NCBI GenBank assembly: GCA_963832165.1 | Contig: CAWHTE010000002.1 | Location: 1-64,000, forward strand | Direction: 5' to 3' | DNA length: 64,000 bases | Origin: an uncultured delta proteobacterium | GTDB taxonomy: Bacteria > Myxococcota_A > UBA9160 > SMWR01 | Part shown: one piece after another, positions 10,646 through 21,173 of the stretch | How the letters are laid out: every line of letters begins with the position of its first letter | Position numbering within the stretch: position 1 is the stretch's first letter | Made by a program: the position numbers and the translations under genes | Notes under the pieces: generated by a model | The model's database searches: none | What the model saw: the letters and a program-made list of their open reading frames with translations, nothing else | Told to the model about the DNA's origin: nothing

Positions 10646-11953
10646 ATGGCTGAGGGACGCGGACTCCGGGAGCGGCTGACCAGGATGGTCGGCCCGACGC
10701 CACTGGTGCGCAGCCTGGCGGGCCAGTCGGTGCTCTCGGCGTTCGGCGAGGGGGCGTTCCTCACCGGCAGCGCGGTGTTCTTCACGATCATCGTCGGCCT
10801 GTCCGCGCAGCAGGTCGGCCTGGGCCTCTCGATCGCGGCGCTGACCCGGTTCGCGATGTCGGTGCCGCTCGGCAAGCTCGCCGACCGCTTCGGGTCCAAG
10901 CAGATGTGGCAGGTCACCAGCGCGATCGAAGCCGTCCTGTACGCCGCGTGGCCGCTGCTCACGGGCTGGTGGCCGTTCGTCGGGATGATGGTCGTGATGG
11001 CGGTGGTCGAGGCCGGCCGCCGGGCCGGCCGCGGCGCCTACGGCATCGCCGTCTTCCCGCGCGAGGAGCGGGTGCGGTCGCAGGCCTACCTGCGCGCCGC
11101 CCGCAACGTGGGCTACACGCTGGGCGCGCTCGCCGCGGGCCTCGCGCTGGCGACCAACAGCGACGACGTCATCAAGTCGGTGCCGCTCCTGACCGCCGTG
11201 CTCTTGGCTCTGAACGCCGTCTGGGTGTTCCGGCTCCCGAACCTCGCGCGAGTCACTCATGGGAGACCCCACCGCGACTCGCCGATCGAGCAGGCCGTCG
11301 AGCACGCGCGGGAGAAGCGCAGCGCCCTGCACAACCGCGGCTTCTTCCTGATGAGCGTCTGCAACGGCGTGCTCGGCACCCACGGCGTCCTGCTCAACGT
11401 GGTCATCCCGCTGTGGCTGGTGCAGGAGACTGACGCGCCGCACGTGCTGCTGGCGTGGCTGTTCGGCACCAACACGGTGATGGCGGTCTTCCTGCAGGTG
11501 GCCGCGGCGCGCGGCGTGGTCGACGTACGCCAGAGCCTGCGCGCGCAGCACCGCGGCGCCGCCTGCTTCGTGCTCTCCTGCGCGATCGTGCTCGTCACCC
11601 ACGACACCGCGGGCTGGGTGACGATCGTGCTGGTGTGGGTCGGGCACGTGACGGTGACCGGCTCCGAGCTGTTCCAGTCGGCGGGCATGTGGGGGCTGGT
11701 CTCGGAGCTGTCCGACCCCGACCGGCTGGGGGAGTACCAGGGCGTCTCCGGCCTCGGCTACACGATGGGCGACGTGTGGGCGCCGGCGCTCTACACGTTC
11801 CTGGCCATGACCTGGGGCGCTCCCGGCTGGATCGTCATCGCCGCCATCGTCGTGGTCGCGGCGCTCGGGATCGGGCCCTCGTCGTACGCCGCCGAGCGCT
11901 ACCTCGCGCGGCAGCAGGCGGAATCGGGTCGCGTGTCCGAGAACGCGCCATAG
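10646..11953 (+). CDS. MFS transporter
   Basis: Many hydrophobic segments; motif A-like GKLADRFGSK; intact ORF. Confidence 0.9.
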   Translation: MAEGRGLRERLTRMVGPTPLVRSLAGQSVLSAFGEGAFLTGSAVFFTIIVGLSAQQVGLGLSIAALTRFAMSVPLGKLADRFGSKQMWQVTSAIEAVLYAAWPLLTGWWPFVGMMVVMAVVEAGRRAGRGAYGIAVFPREERVRSQAYLRAARNVGYTLGALAAGLALATNSDDVIKSVPLLTAVLLALNAVWVFRLPNLARVTHGRPHRDSPIEQAVEHAREKRSALHNRGFFLMSVCNGVLGTHGVLLNVVIPLWLVQETDAPHVLLAWLFGTNTVMAVFLQVAAARGVVDVRQSLRAQHRGAACFVLSCAIVLVTHDTAGWVTIVLVWVGHVTVTGSELFQSAGMWGLVSELSDPDRLGEYQGVSGLGYTMGDVWAPALYTFLAMTWGAPGWIVIAAIVVVAALGIGPSSYAAERYLARQQAESGRVSENAP

Positions 11954-12019
11954 CGCGTCGTCAGGCACACGAGTCGATCACTCGAGCCCGTCGGCGTAGC
12001 AGGACCGTCGGTCAACGGG

Positions 12020-12073
12020 TTGTCCACAGTCCTGGGGTCGGCGGTTCCCAACGGCCTGTCCGAGGCCTACGCT
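12020..12073 (+). promoter_or_regulatory. Putative tad operon promoter with DnaA-box-like TTGTCCACAG
   Basis: TTGTCCACAG 12020-12029; -10-like TACGCT 12068-12073. Confidence 0.5.
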
Positions 12074-12108
12074 CCCGACCAGGAACCTCATCTCGGGAGG
12101 GGGCCAGC

Positions 12109-13368
12109 ATGTCGGCGACGGCCGTCGACGGTCACGGGGAGCTGGTCGACCAGCTCGACCTGCTCGTGCGCGAGGCCGTCCGCCGCCAGGGCGTCGACCC
12201 GCAGCGCGACGCGCCCGGTCGTACGCCGGATCGCCGAGGGCGTGGTCCGCGACCACGACGAGCGCAGCCTGACCGGCGTGGTCGCCCCGGTGCCCGACGC
12301 CGACCGCGGTGGTCGGCGAGCTGGTGGCGCGGGTCTCCGGGTTCGGGCCGCTGCAGCCGTTCCTCGACGACCCGGCGGTCGAGGAGGTCTGGATCAACGA
12401 CCCGAGCCGGGTCTTCGTGGCGCGGCACGGCCGGCACGAGCTGACCAACCTGATCCTGACCCGCGCCCAGGTCGACGAGCTGGTCGAGCGGATGCTCAAG
12501 TCGAGCGGCCGGCGGATCGACCTGAGCCAGCCGTTCGTCGACGCGATGCTGCCCGACGGGCACCGGCTGCACGTCGTGCTCGAGGGCATCAGCCGCGGCT
12601 TCTCGGCGGTCAACATCCGCAAGTTCGTGCTCAAGGCGGCCCGGCTCGACCGACCTCGTCGAGCTCGGCAGCCTGACGCCGGCGCGCCGCGGCGTTCCTC
12701 GAGGCCAGCGTGCGCGCCGGCCTCAACATCCTGGTCGCGGGCGGCACCCAGGCCGGCAAGACGACCCTGCTGAACTGCCTGGCCGCGGCGATCCCCGGCG
12801 GCGACCGGGTGGTCGTCGCCGAGGAGGTCTTCGAGCTGCGCTTCCCGCATCCCGACTGGGTGCCGATGCAGACCCGGCAGGCCGGGCTCGAGGGCACCGG
12901 CGAGATCCGCGCTGCGCGACCTGGTCAAGGAGAGCCTGCGGATGCGGCCGAGCCGGATCATCGTCGGCGAGGTCCGCTCCGAGGAGTGCCTCGACCTGCT
13001 GCTCGCGCTCAACGCCGGGCTGCCCGGCATGTGCACCCTCCACGCCAACAGCGCCCGCGAGGCGCTGGTGAAGATGTGCACGCTGCCGCTGCTGGCCGGC
13101 GAGAACATCTCGGCCCGGTTCGTGGTGCCGACCGTGGCGGCGTCGGTCGACCTGGTCGTGCACCTCGGCATCGACGCCGACGGCGTACGCCGCGTCAACG
13201 AGATCGTGGCGGTGCCGGGCCGGGTCGAGAACGACATCATCGAGACCGAGACGGTCTTCGAGCGCACCGGTGGCGAGCTCGTGGCCACGGGCGGCATGCC
13301 GCCGCGGCCGGCCAGCTTCGAGCGGCTCGGCGATCGACGTCCACGGGATCCTGGCGGGGAGCCGCTGA
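12109..13368 (+). CDS. tadA: CpaF/TadA pilus assembly ATPase (frameshifted)
   Basis: GFGPLQPFLDDP.VEEVWIN, GGTQAGKTTLLN, EEVFEL, MRPSRIIVGEVR, TLHANS. Confidence 0.92.
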
Positions 13369-14223
13369 TGGGCGCGCTGGTCGGGCTCGGCGTGGGCGTC
13401 GGGCTGCTGCTGGTCTGGTCGGCGTTCACGATGCCGCGCACGCCACGAGCACGGCGCGACCGCAGCGGCTGGATCGCCACCCGCCTCGGCGAGGCCGGGA
13501 TGAACCAGGTGTCGGTGCCGGGCGTGGTGCTGCTCAGCGTGGGGCTGGGGGCCGCGGCCGCGCTGATGGTCCAGGTGGTCTCGGCGACGCCGCCGGTGGC
13601 GCTCGCGTTCGGGGCGATGGCGGCGTACCTGCCGCTCGCCGTGGTCGCCGGCCGCGCCCGTCGCCGGCAGCGCGAGTTCGCCGAGGTCTGGCCGGAGGCG
13701 GTCGACAACCTCGCGTCGGCGGTCCGCGCCGGGCATGTCGCTGCCCGACGCGCTGGCCGCGCTGGCGGTCCGCGGACCCGAGCCGCTGCGGCCGGCGTTC
13801 GACGCGTTCGCGCTCGACTACCAGGTGACCGGCCGGTTCGGCGAGTGCCTCGACCGGCTCAAGGCCGAGCTGGCCGACCCGGTCGGCGACCGGGTGGTCG
13901 AGGGGCTGCGGATCGCCCGCGAGGTCGGCGGCGGCGAGCTCGGCCGGCTGCTGCGCAACCTGTCCGGGTACCTGCGCGACGACGCCCGCACCCGCTCCGA
14001 GATGGAGTCGCGCCAGGCCTGGACCGTCAACGGCGCCCGGCTGGCGGTGGCCGCGCCCTGGCTGGTGCTGCTGATCATGTCGTTCCAGCCCGAGGTGATC
14101 CGCCGCTACGCCTCGCCCGCCGGCGTGGTGGTCCTGGTGGTCGGCGCGTCCCTGTGCGTCGCGGCGTACTGGCTGATGATGCGGATCGGCCGGCTCCCCG
14201 TCGAGCGGCGGATCCTGCGATGA
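13368..14223 (+). CDS. tadB: TadB / T2SSF membrane protein (frameshifted)
   Basis: WPEAVDNLASAVRAG(MSLP), REVGGGELG; TGATG coupling. Confidence 0.88.
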
Positions 14224-15168
14224 GCCTGGCCGTCTGGGGCGCCCTGCTCGGTGCGCTCGCCGCGGGCGGCCTGCTGCTGGCGCTGTCGCGGGTGCTCGTG
14301 ATCCGCAAGCCGCAGCTGGCCGTCCGGGTGCTGCCCTACGTCCGCGACCTTCCGCAGGTCGGCCGCACACCCGCCGCTCCGCGCCGTACGCCGACGGCGC
14401 CGCACCTCGGCCGTGGTCGGCGTCTTCGGGCCGTTCCTGCGCTCGGCGGCCGACGGCGTCGAGCGCGTGCTGGGCGGCGCCACGTCCGTACGCCGCCGGC
14501 TCGACCGCGCGGCCATCGACAAGACCGTGCAGGAGTTCCGCATCGAGCAGGTGGTGTGGGGGCTGGTCGGGTTCGCCGGTCGCGGCGGCGTACGCCCTGC
14601 TCCGCACGCTCGGCGGCGACGGTGGCGTGCTGTCGTCGCTGCTGCTGTGCGCGATCGGCTTCGCCGCCGGCGTGCTCGCCCGCGACAACCACCTGTCCTC
14701 CCAGGTCAAGCAGCGCGAGCGCCGGATCCTGGCCGAGTTCCCGACGATCGCCGAGCTGCTGGCGCTGGCCGTGGCCGCGGGCGAGGGCCCGGTCGCCGCC
14801 CTCGACCGGGTCTGCCGGCGCAGCCGCGGCGAGCTCTCCGCCGACCTGGGCCGCGTGCTGGCCGCCGTCCGCACCGGCGAGCCGGTGGCCGTCGGCCTTC
14901 GACGCGCTGGCGGCGCGCACCGGCGTGCCCGTGGTCGCGCGGTTCGCCCAGGGCGTCGCCGTGGCCGTCGAGCGCGGCACCCCGCTGGCCGACGTCCTGC
15001 ACGCCCAGGCGGCCGACGTCCGCGAGGCCTCGCGGCGCGAGCTGATCGAGACGGCCGCCCGCAAGGAGGTCTTCATGATGGTGCCGGTCGTCTTCCTGGT
15101 GCTGCCGGTGACCGTGCTGTTCGCGTTCTTCCCGGGCGTGATCGGCCTCGAGCCTGACCATCCCGTGA
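14220..15168 (+). CDS. tadC: TadC / T2SSF membrane protein (frameshifted)
   Basis: EFPTIAELLALAVAAGEG, ERGTPLADVLHAQA, MMVPVVFLVLP. Confidence 0.88.
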
Positions 15169-15181
15169 GAAGGGGAAACCG

Positions 15182-15378
15182 ATGAAGGCAGCTGCATGGC
15201 ATCCTGCGCGCTCGTCGCTCGTCCGGCCGCTGCGCGTCGGCGCGACGAGCGCGGCGACGTGCCCGGCTGGGTGCTGGTCACCGTGATGACCGCCGGGCTG
15301 GTGATGGCGATCTGGGGGCTGGCCGACGACCAGCTCCGGCAGATGCTCAAGGACGCGCTCGACTCGGTGAAGAACTGA
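15182..15378 (+). CDS. Flp-type pilin
   Basis: DERG/DVPGWVLVTVMTAGLV prepilin-like cleavage site plus hydrophobic helix; start uncertain (15182 or 15196). Confidence 0.75.
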
Positions 15379-15382
15379 GCCC

Positions 15383-15787
15383 TTGACCGCCTGCGATCGC
15401 TGCGGGCGCGCGGCTCAGCGCGGGGCGGCGGTCGTCGACTTCGTGCTGGTCCTGGTCGTGCTGGTGCCGGTGTTCCTCGGCATCCTGCAGCTCGCGCTGG
15501 TGCTGCTCGTCCGCAACACCCTGGCCGCCGCGGCCTCCGAGGGAGCCCGGTACGCCGCCACGCTCGACCGCGAGCCCGGCCGACGGCGTCGCGCGGACCC
15601 GCGCGCAGATCGACGGTGCGCTGGCCGCCAGGTTCGCCGAGGACGTCGACGGCCGACGCGGTGCTGGTCGACGGCGCGCCCGGCGTCGAGGTGACGCGTG
15701 CACGTCGTCGGTGCCGGCGCTGGGCTCGGCGGTCCGGCCGTCGAGCTCGACCGTGACCGGTCACGCGATCGAGGAGGCAGCCGGTGA
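15383..15787 (+). CDS. TadE-like pseudopilin (frameshifted)
   Basis: QRGAAVVDFVLV...AAASEGARYAA. Confidence 0.8.
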
Positions 15788-16234
15788 GGCGGCGCGCGAC
15801 GACGAGTCCGGGCAGCGCCGCTGGTCGAGGTCGACCTGGCTCGGCATCCTGCTGCTGGTGCCGATGGTCTGGATCGTGCTGTCGGTGTTCGAGGTGCAGC
15901 GCGGCGCGTTCGGCGTGACGGCCGCGGCGCGAGCGGCCGGCCGGGCGTTCGCGCTCGCCCCCGACGACGCCGACGGGCGCCCGGCAGGCCGAGGCGGCCG
16001 CCGCGGTGGCGCTGGCCGACCAGGGCCTCGACGACGCGCCCGTGGCGGATCGACGTCGACCTGCGGCCAGCCTGGCCGACTGCCACGTCGGCGGCGCCGT
16101 GGTCACCGTGCGGGTCGAGCACGCAGGTCGACGCTGCCGTTCGTCCCCGACTTCCTCGGCGGCAGCGGCCGACGTTCGCCCTCGACGCCGAGCACGACGT
16201 GCCGATCGGGCAGTACCAGGAGCCGGCGCCGTGA
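15784..16234 (+). CDS. TadE-like pseudopilin 2 (frameshifted)
   Basis: DES-G..VEVTWLGILLLVP...AARAAGRA pattern; GTGA overlaps on both sides. Confidence 0.7.
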
Positions 16235-16678
16235 GCGCGCCGCGACCCGAGCGCGGCCAGGCCACGATCCTGATCGTCGGCCTGGCCACGGTGCTGGCGA
16301 TGGGCGTCGCCGTGGTGACCGACGCGTCGGCGGCGTACCTCCAGCGCCAGGGCCTCGACAACCTCGCCGACGGCGCCGCGCTGGCCGGCGCCGACCTCGG
16401 CGCCGCCGGCGACGACGTCTACACCGGCGGCATCGGCGACGACCGGCTCGCCGTCACCGAGGCCGAGGCGAGGGCCGCCGTGCAGGCGTACCTGCAGCGC
16501 GCCGGTGCCCACGCGAAGTACCCCGGCCTCCACGGCGTACGTCAACGCCGACGCCGCCACCCAGACCGTCCGGGTCCGGCTGACCGCGCCGCTGCACCTG
16601 CCCCTCAAGGTGCCCGGTGGGCAGGAGTCCGCGCTGATCGGCGCTACGGGTGCTGCAGTCGTCGCTGTGGATGAGTGA
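16231..16678 (+). CDS. TadG-related pilus assembly protein (frameshifted)
   Basis: ERGQATILIVG...LDNLADGAALAGA. Confidence 0.78.
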
Positions 16679-16699
16679 CGCGGAGACCACCGAAAACGC

Positions 16700-16711
16700 T
16701 AAGATGTACAA
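16700..16711 (+). promoter_or_regulatory. Leaderless -10 (TAAGAT) overlapping TGTACA palindrome, putative TA autorepression operator
   Basis: TAAGAT 16700-16705, 6 nt before ATG; TGTACA 16705-16710. Confidence 0.55.
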
Positions 16712-16978
16712 ATGAGCGAGTTGACGGTGAGCGAGGCTCGAGCGCGGCTGGCCGATGTGGTCGATGAGGCGCGCGTGGCCCGCGAGCCGGTGTACCTGAC
16801 GAGACGCGGACGACGCGTCGCGGCGGTGGTTGACGCGGCCTACCTCGACTGGCTCATCGAGCTCGCCGAGGACTTTGTCGACGCGGAGGCCGCCCGGGCG
16901 GCGCGCGACGAGATGGCCGAGACCGGTGAGGCGCCGGTTCCCTGGGAGCAGGTCAAGGTCGACCTCGGACTGGCGTGA
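16712..16978 (+). CDS. Phd/YefM-family antitoxin
   Basis: VSEARARLADVVDEA...EPVYLTRRGRRVAAVV; acidic C-terminus ending PVPWEQVKVDLGL. Confidence 0.93.
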   Translation: MSELTVSEARARLADVVDEARVAREPVYLTRRGRRVAAVVDAAYLDWLIELAEDFVDAEAARAARDEMAETGEAPVPWEQVKVDLGLA

Positions 16979-17241
16979 CCTACGCGGTCGAGGTGGCGCC
17001 GGCCGCCGTGCGGCAGCTGCGGAAGCTCGATCTGTCCGCGCGACGTCGGGTCCAGGCGGCGATCGAGCTGCTGGCCGAGAACCCTCGCCCTCCCAAGGCC
17101 CGCAAGCTCGTCGGGGGAGCCGGGGAGTGGCGGGTGCGCACGGGCGACTACCGGATCGTCTACGAGATCCACGACGGTCGACTGGTGGTCCTGGTGGTCG
17201 CGGTGGGTCATCGACGAGACGTCTACGACCGGCGCGCCTAG
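16975..17241 (+). CDS. RelE-family toxin
   Basis: NPRPPKARKLVG..EWRVRTGDYRIVYEI..VGHRRDVY; GTGA overlap. Confidence 0.93.
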   Translation: MTYAVEVAPAAVRQLRKLDLSARRRVQAAIELLAENPRPPKARKLVGGAGEWRVRTGDYRIVYEIHDGRLVVLVVAVGHRRDVYDRRA

Positions 17242-18212
17242 AGCGGGTTGACCCACATGTCGCGGATGACCAGGTCCTGGGTCGGGAACGCGTCACCGTC
17301 GGCCGGGCGGAGGAACGGGCCGGAGTCGTCGGCGAAGACGGCGGTCTGCAGGATCGCGGTCCAGCTCGTGGTCGAACACGGCGTCGCAGGTCGAGGAGGG
17401 CAGCTGCTCCTGGCAGGTGTCGACGGCGTGGATGCGGCCGTCGTACAGGTAGCTGAGGGTGACCGTGCGGCCGCGGGGGCCGGTGGTGGTCTCCTTGCGG
17501 ACGGCCCACGTATGGAACCCGGTGCGGCCGCCGGCGCCCCAGTCCCAGGTGGCGGGCTTGTGGTGCCAGCTCGCGTACGTCGCCTCGGTGCAGGTGGCGT
17601 GGGTCGCGGCCTCGGGGCGGTCGGGCCGCGAGGAGTACCACTCCAGCACGTCCAGCTCGCCCCACAGCGGGTCGCAGTAGATCTGCGCGAGGTTGACGAG
17701 CCACAGGGCGCTCCGCGCTCCGGGGGCGGACCGCTCGGGCAGTTTCGCCTCGAACCCCCACTCGAAGTCCGTCGCCGGCACCCGGAATTCGGTGAGCCGC
17801 ACCCGGCCCACGGAGTACTGCGCCCGCCCGACCTCGCACGGCGCCTCGTCGGCCGGGGTGTCCTCGCCCACCGGACCGGACAGGCAGTGCCGGCGCGCGG
17901 AGATGACGAGGTCGCCGGCGGCGTCGACCGCGACGTTCGAGCCGCGGTAGGCCCCCTGGCGGTGGGTCTCGCAGGCGGCGTCGCCGAGGTACTTCTGGAA
18001 GGTGAAGGACCGCCAGGCGAAGTCCTCCCCGAGGGGCCGGCCGTAGTGGCCGTCGCAGTACTCCTGGCTCGGGGGCGTCGGGCGCCGAGACGTCCGGGAC
18101 GTCCGCGGTCGCTGTCGGCGTGGACGCGACAGGGACCCAGGCGGCCGTAGCAGGAGCGCGACCGCGGGAGCGGGAGCAGGGCGCCCGCCAGCGTCCGCCC
18201 CGTCAGCACCAC
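17238..18212 (-). CDS. Secreted glycoside hydrolase family 16 protein (frameshifted)
   Basis: SALWL...WGELDVLEWY (ExDxxE), FHTWAV, YLYDG; hydrophobic N-terminus. Confidence 0.7.
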   Translation of the reverse strand: MVLTGRTLAGALLPLPRSRSCYGRLGPCRVHADSDRGRPGRLGARRPRARSTATATTAGPSGRTSPGGPSPSRSTSATPPARPTARGPTAARTSRSTPPATSSSPRAGTACPVRWARTPRPTRRRARSGGRSTPWAGCGSPNSGCRRRTSSGGSRRNCPSGPPPERGAPCGSSTSRRSTATRCGASWTCWSGTPRGPTAPRPRPTPPAPRRRTRAGTTSPPPGTGAPAAAPGSIRGPSARRPPPAPAAARSPSATCTTAASTPSTPARSSCPPRPATPCSTTSWTAILQTAVFADDSGPFLRPADGDAFPTQDLVIRDMWVNPL

Positions 18213-18248
18213 CCCCGGAGCCTAGATCGCGCGGGGGAGACTGGGGGG

Positions 18249-18650
18249 GTGATCACCCTCGAGACGGCTCGGGCGCTGCGCGAGGCGATGGAGCGGGCGG
18301 AGCTGCTGTGGACCCCGGCGCCGGGTGACCGGTTCCTGGTGCCGGACCGCGGGTTCGAGGAGCCGTTCATCGTCAGCGAGATGGTGATCGAGGTGCGCGA
18401 CCTGCCGAGCGGGCGGCTGATCCGCTTCAACGGCACCACCGAGTGGGCGCTCGACAGCGTGCCGGCCGACGAGGTGCTGTGGGTGCCGTGGGAGCACCAG
18501 CTGCGGGCGCTGCTGGGTGACCGGTTCGCGGCGATGGAGCGGGTGCCGGGCGAGGTCGAGGGGTACGCCGTCGTCCTCACCGACGGCTCGCGCCACGTGG
18601 ACGTCGACCCCGAGCGCGCGTACGCCCACGCGGTGCTGGCCGTCCTCTGA
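18249..18650 (+). CDS. Conserved actinobacterial hypothetical protein
   Basis: WTPAPGDRF...FNGTTEWALDSV..W.P.EHQLR motif; coding-like codon usage. Confidence 0.75.
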   Translation: MITLETARALREAMERAELLWTPAPGDRFLVPDRGFEEPFIVSEMVIEVRDLPSGRLIRFNGTTEWALDSVPADEVLWVPWEHQLRALLGDRFAAMERVPGEVEGYAVVLTDGSRHVDVDPERAYAHAVLAVL

Positions 18651-18681
18651 GGCGCGCAGGACGTCATACGAATCGTGGTGT

Positions 18682-19554
18682 CTATGCCTCGTTTCGGATG
18701 ACGTCGAGGCACGCGTCGGCCACCAGACGACGTTCGCACGTCGCCGACGCGACGCGGTGGGCGCGTCGGACCGGTACGGGGACCGACTGTCGCGCGTGCA
18801 GCGACGCGAAGGCCAGCGAAAGCAGCCCCTCGAGATCAGCCAGCGAGACCTCGTAGGTCGCGAAGTCGTCGAGGGTCACCGACAGCCTGCAGCGGGTCGA
18901 CGTCCTGGGCGAGCACGAAGCATCGGGCGCTGAGGGTGCCGTCGAGGACGTAGACGACGACCTTCCAGTAGGCGCCCGGGATCAGCACGTTGCGGTGGAC
19001 GACGTCGGCGCCGGTGAGCACCGGGCCGCCGAAGAGCGTCAGCCGGCGCCGTTCGAGGCCGGCCTCCTCGAGCACGGCGTCCTCGAGCAGGCCCCAGACC
19101 CCGTCGAGCCCGGACTGGTTGAAGTCGTTCATCTGGGGGGCGATGTTGGTGAAGTAGAACGAGTCCTCGTTGGCCGCCGCGCGCCTCGTCGAGGGTGCCC
19201 CACAGCAGGTCCGACCGGCGGGCGAGGTGGCCGCGGTCGAGGTCGTTGCCGGCGTACACCTCCTCGCCGGTCTGCGCGTCGGCCGGGAGCCGCGGGTCGA
19301 GCCGGAAGTCGTCGGCGCGCGGGATCGAGTCGCTCGGGAAGCAGCGTCAGCCCGTCGATGTTCCACGCCACCCAGCGCGCCAGCCGCCGCGAGGCGCTCA
19401 TCGCCAGCGAGAAGTGGGTGTAGTCCCACCGGCGTCGTGCCGTCGACGTCGAGCACGTCGTCGGCGACGGCGCCGACGGCCGTCCGGCACCTCGACGGGC
19501 GGCCCGAGGAACTGCGCGTCGTACACGCCGAAGACTCGCACAGCGGATGAGCAT
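18682..19554 (-). CDS. DNA/RNA non-specific endonuclease (NUC/DRGH family; frameshifted)
   Basis: YTHFSLAM, WVAWNIDG, LDRGHL, SFYFTNIAPQ..FNQ, W..LE, GPV, IP..YWKVV. Confidence 0.88.
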
Positions 19555-19634
19555 GCCGAGCGGCGGCGCACCACGGCGCTTCCGTACGGGAGACCGACCG
19601 CTTGAGTCACCGCCGACACGTGCGAGCCGACCGC

Positions 19635-20314
19635 TTACTCGCCCCCGCCGCGGCAGCCCGACCCAGGGCAGCGTGATCAGCGCCCAGCCGACCAGCACGA
19701 TCGCCATCTCGGCGAGCGACGTACCACGGCCAGGGGCCGAGGTAGTCGAGCACCGTGCCGTCGGGCTTGCCGTTGAAGTAGCCGTAGTTGGTGTCGAGCA
19801 AGCCGTTGACGGACATCGCGACGGCCACCCAGACGAACGTCCAGCGACGGCCTGCCGGTACGCCGCGCCAGTCGGGCCCCTGGCGCAGCGTCAGGGTCGC
19901 GTAGACCGCGCCCCACACGAGCAGCACGTGCTTGCCCCAGAAGGCGAAGAAGTTCGGGTCGGGGAAGGCCTCGTCGAGGGTGGGCTGGACCAGCGCCTGC
20001 AGCGACAGGGTCAGCCCCCAGTAGTAGGTGAGCGCCAGGGCCAGCGGGTGCCGGGTCAGCAGCGCCCAGGCGACCGGGATCCACGCGAAGTCGCAGAGCT
20101 GCAGCGGCAGGTTGCCCTTGATGTCGCCGAGCACCGAACTCGGTGACGGTGCCGACCAGGCCGAAGGCGATGTTGCCGAGGGCGAGCGCCATCGCCAGCG
20201 GCCGCTCCGCCGGGCGGCCGCGCACGACGCGGCCCGATCGCGAGCAGGACCACGACGCCGACGACGAAGATCGCCAGCACGACGAGGTGGGAGGTGGACC
20301 ACGGCCTCGAACAC
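19635..20314 (-). CDS. YwaF/TIGR02206-family membrane protein (frameshifted)
   Basis: LPLQLCD, YYWG, QALVQP, TNYGYFNGKP, LDYLGPWPWY. Confidence 0.85.
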
Positions 20315-21142
20315 GGTCCCGCCAGCCGGCTTGAGGGCGCGGACGACGTACCCGCCAAGCCTGCCCTCGACGGGACCCTCGCCGAGGCGGCGGGTCAGGG
20401 CGGCGGCGACGCGCGGCACCAGCGTCGGCAAGGTCGCCGCGCTCCTGGAGCTCGAAGCGCAGCGGCGTGCCGAGGCAGTAGCCCTCGGCCAGCGTCGGCG
20501 GCCGACGGCGAGTCGCCGACGAGCACGTTGCGGACCAGGCCTTGGACCGCAGCCCGGCGGCCTGCGACGTCGGCGCGGATGCGGTCGGGGTCGGCGTACC
20601 CGTGCGGCACCCGCGCCAGGAAGTCGGGGGTGTCCTCGGGCAGCACCTCGGCGAGCGACGTCGGTCAGCGCGGCCTCGACGTCGTGGGTGTCGAGGGTGT
20701 CCCAGACGTTGAAGAGGAACAGGCCGCCGGGGGCGAGCACGCGGCGCACCTCGCGGTAGGCCGTGACCTTGTCGGGGAAGAACATCACCCCGAACTGGCA
20801 GGCCACCAGGTCGAAGGAGTCGTCGGCGAAGTCGAGGTCCATCGCGTCGGCGACCCGCCAGGTCGGCGCCCGGCACCCGCGCGGCGGCGTACTCGACCAT
20901 CGCCGGGTTGAGGTCGGTGGCGGTGATCTCGGCGTCGGGCAGCGCCTCGACCAGGCCGGCGGTGAGGATGCCGGTGCCGGCGGCGAGCTCGAGCACCCGC
21001 CGCGAGCCGCCGGCGTAGAGCTGCGCCCGGGTGCGCCAGGTCGGCCGGCGAGCGGCGCGAAGACGGCCGGGCCCGAGGCAGCGGTCGTAGACCTCGGGCA
21101 TCGACTCGACCCAGCTGGCTGTCGGTGCGCGTCCGTCGTCAT
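20315..21142 (-). CDS. Class I SAM-dependent methyltransferase (frameshifted)
   Basis: VLELAAGTG, TDLNPAM, ADAMDL.F.D.SFD, CQFGVMFFPD, RVLAPGG. Confidence 0.88.
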
Positions 21143-21173
21143 GCCGTAGCCGTGTCTCCTAGCATCCCGCAGC

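Noticed and set aside
12020..12029. Replication origin
   Set aside because: Isolated DnaA-box match with no box cluster, AT-rich unwinding region or dnaA/dnaN.
18249..18650. CpaE/TadZ assignment for this ORF
   Set aside because: No P-loop or receiver motifs; left as conserved hypothetical.
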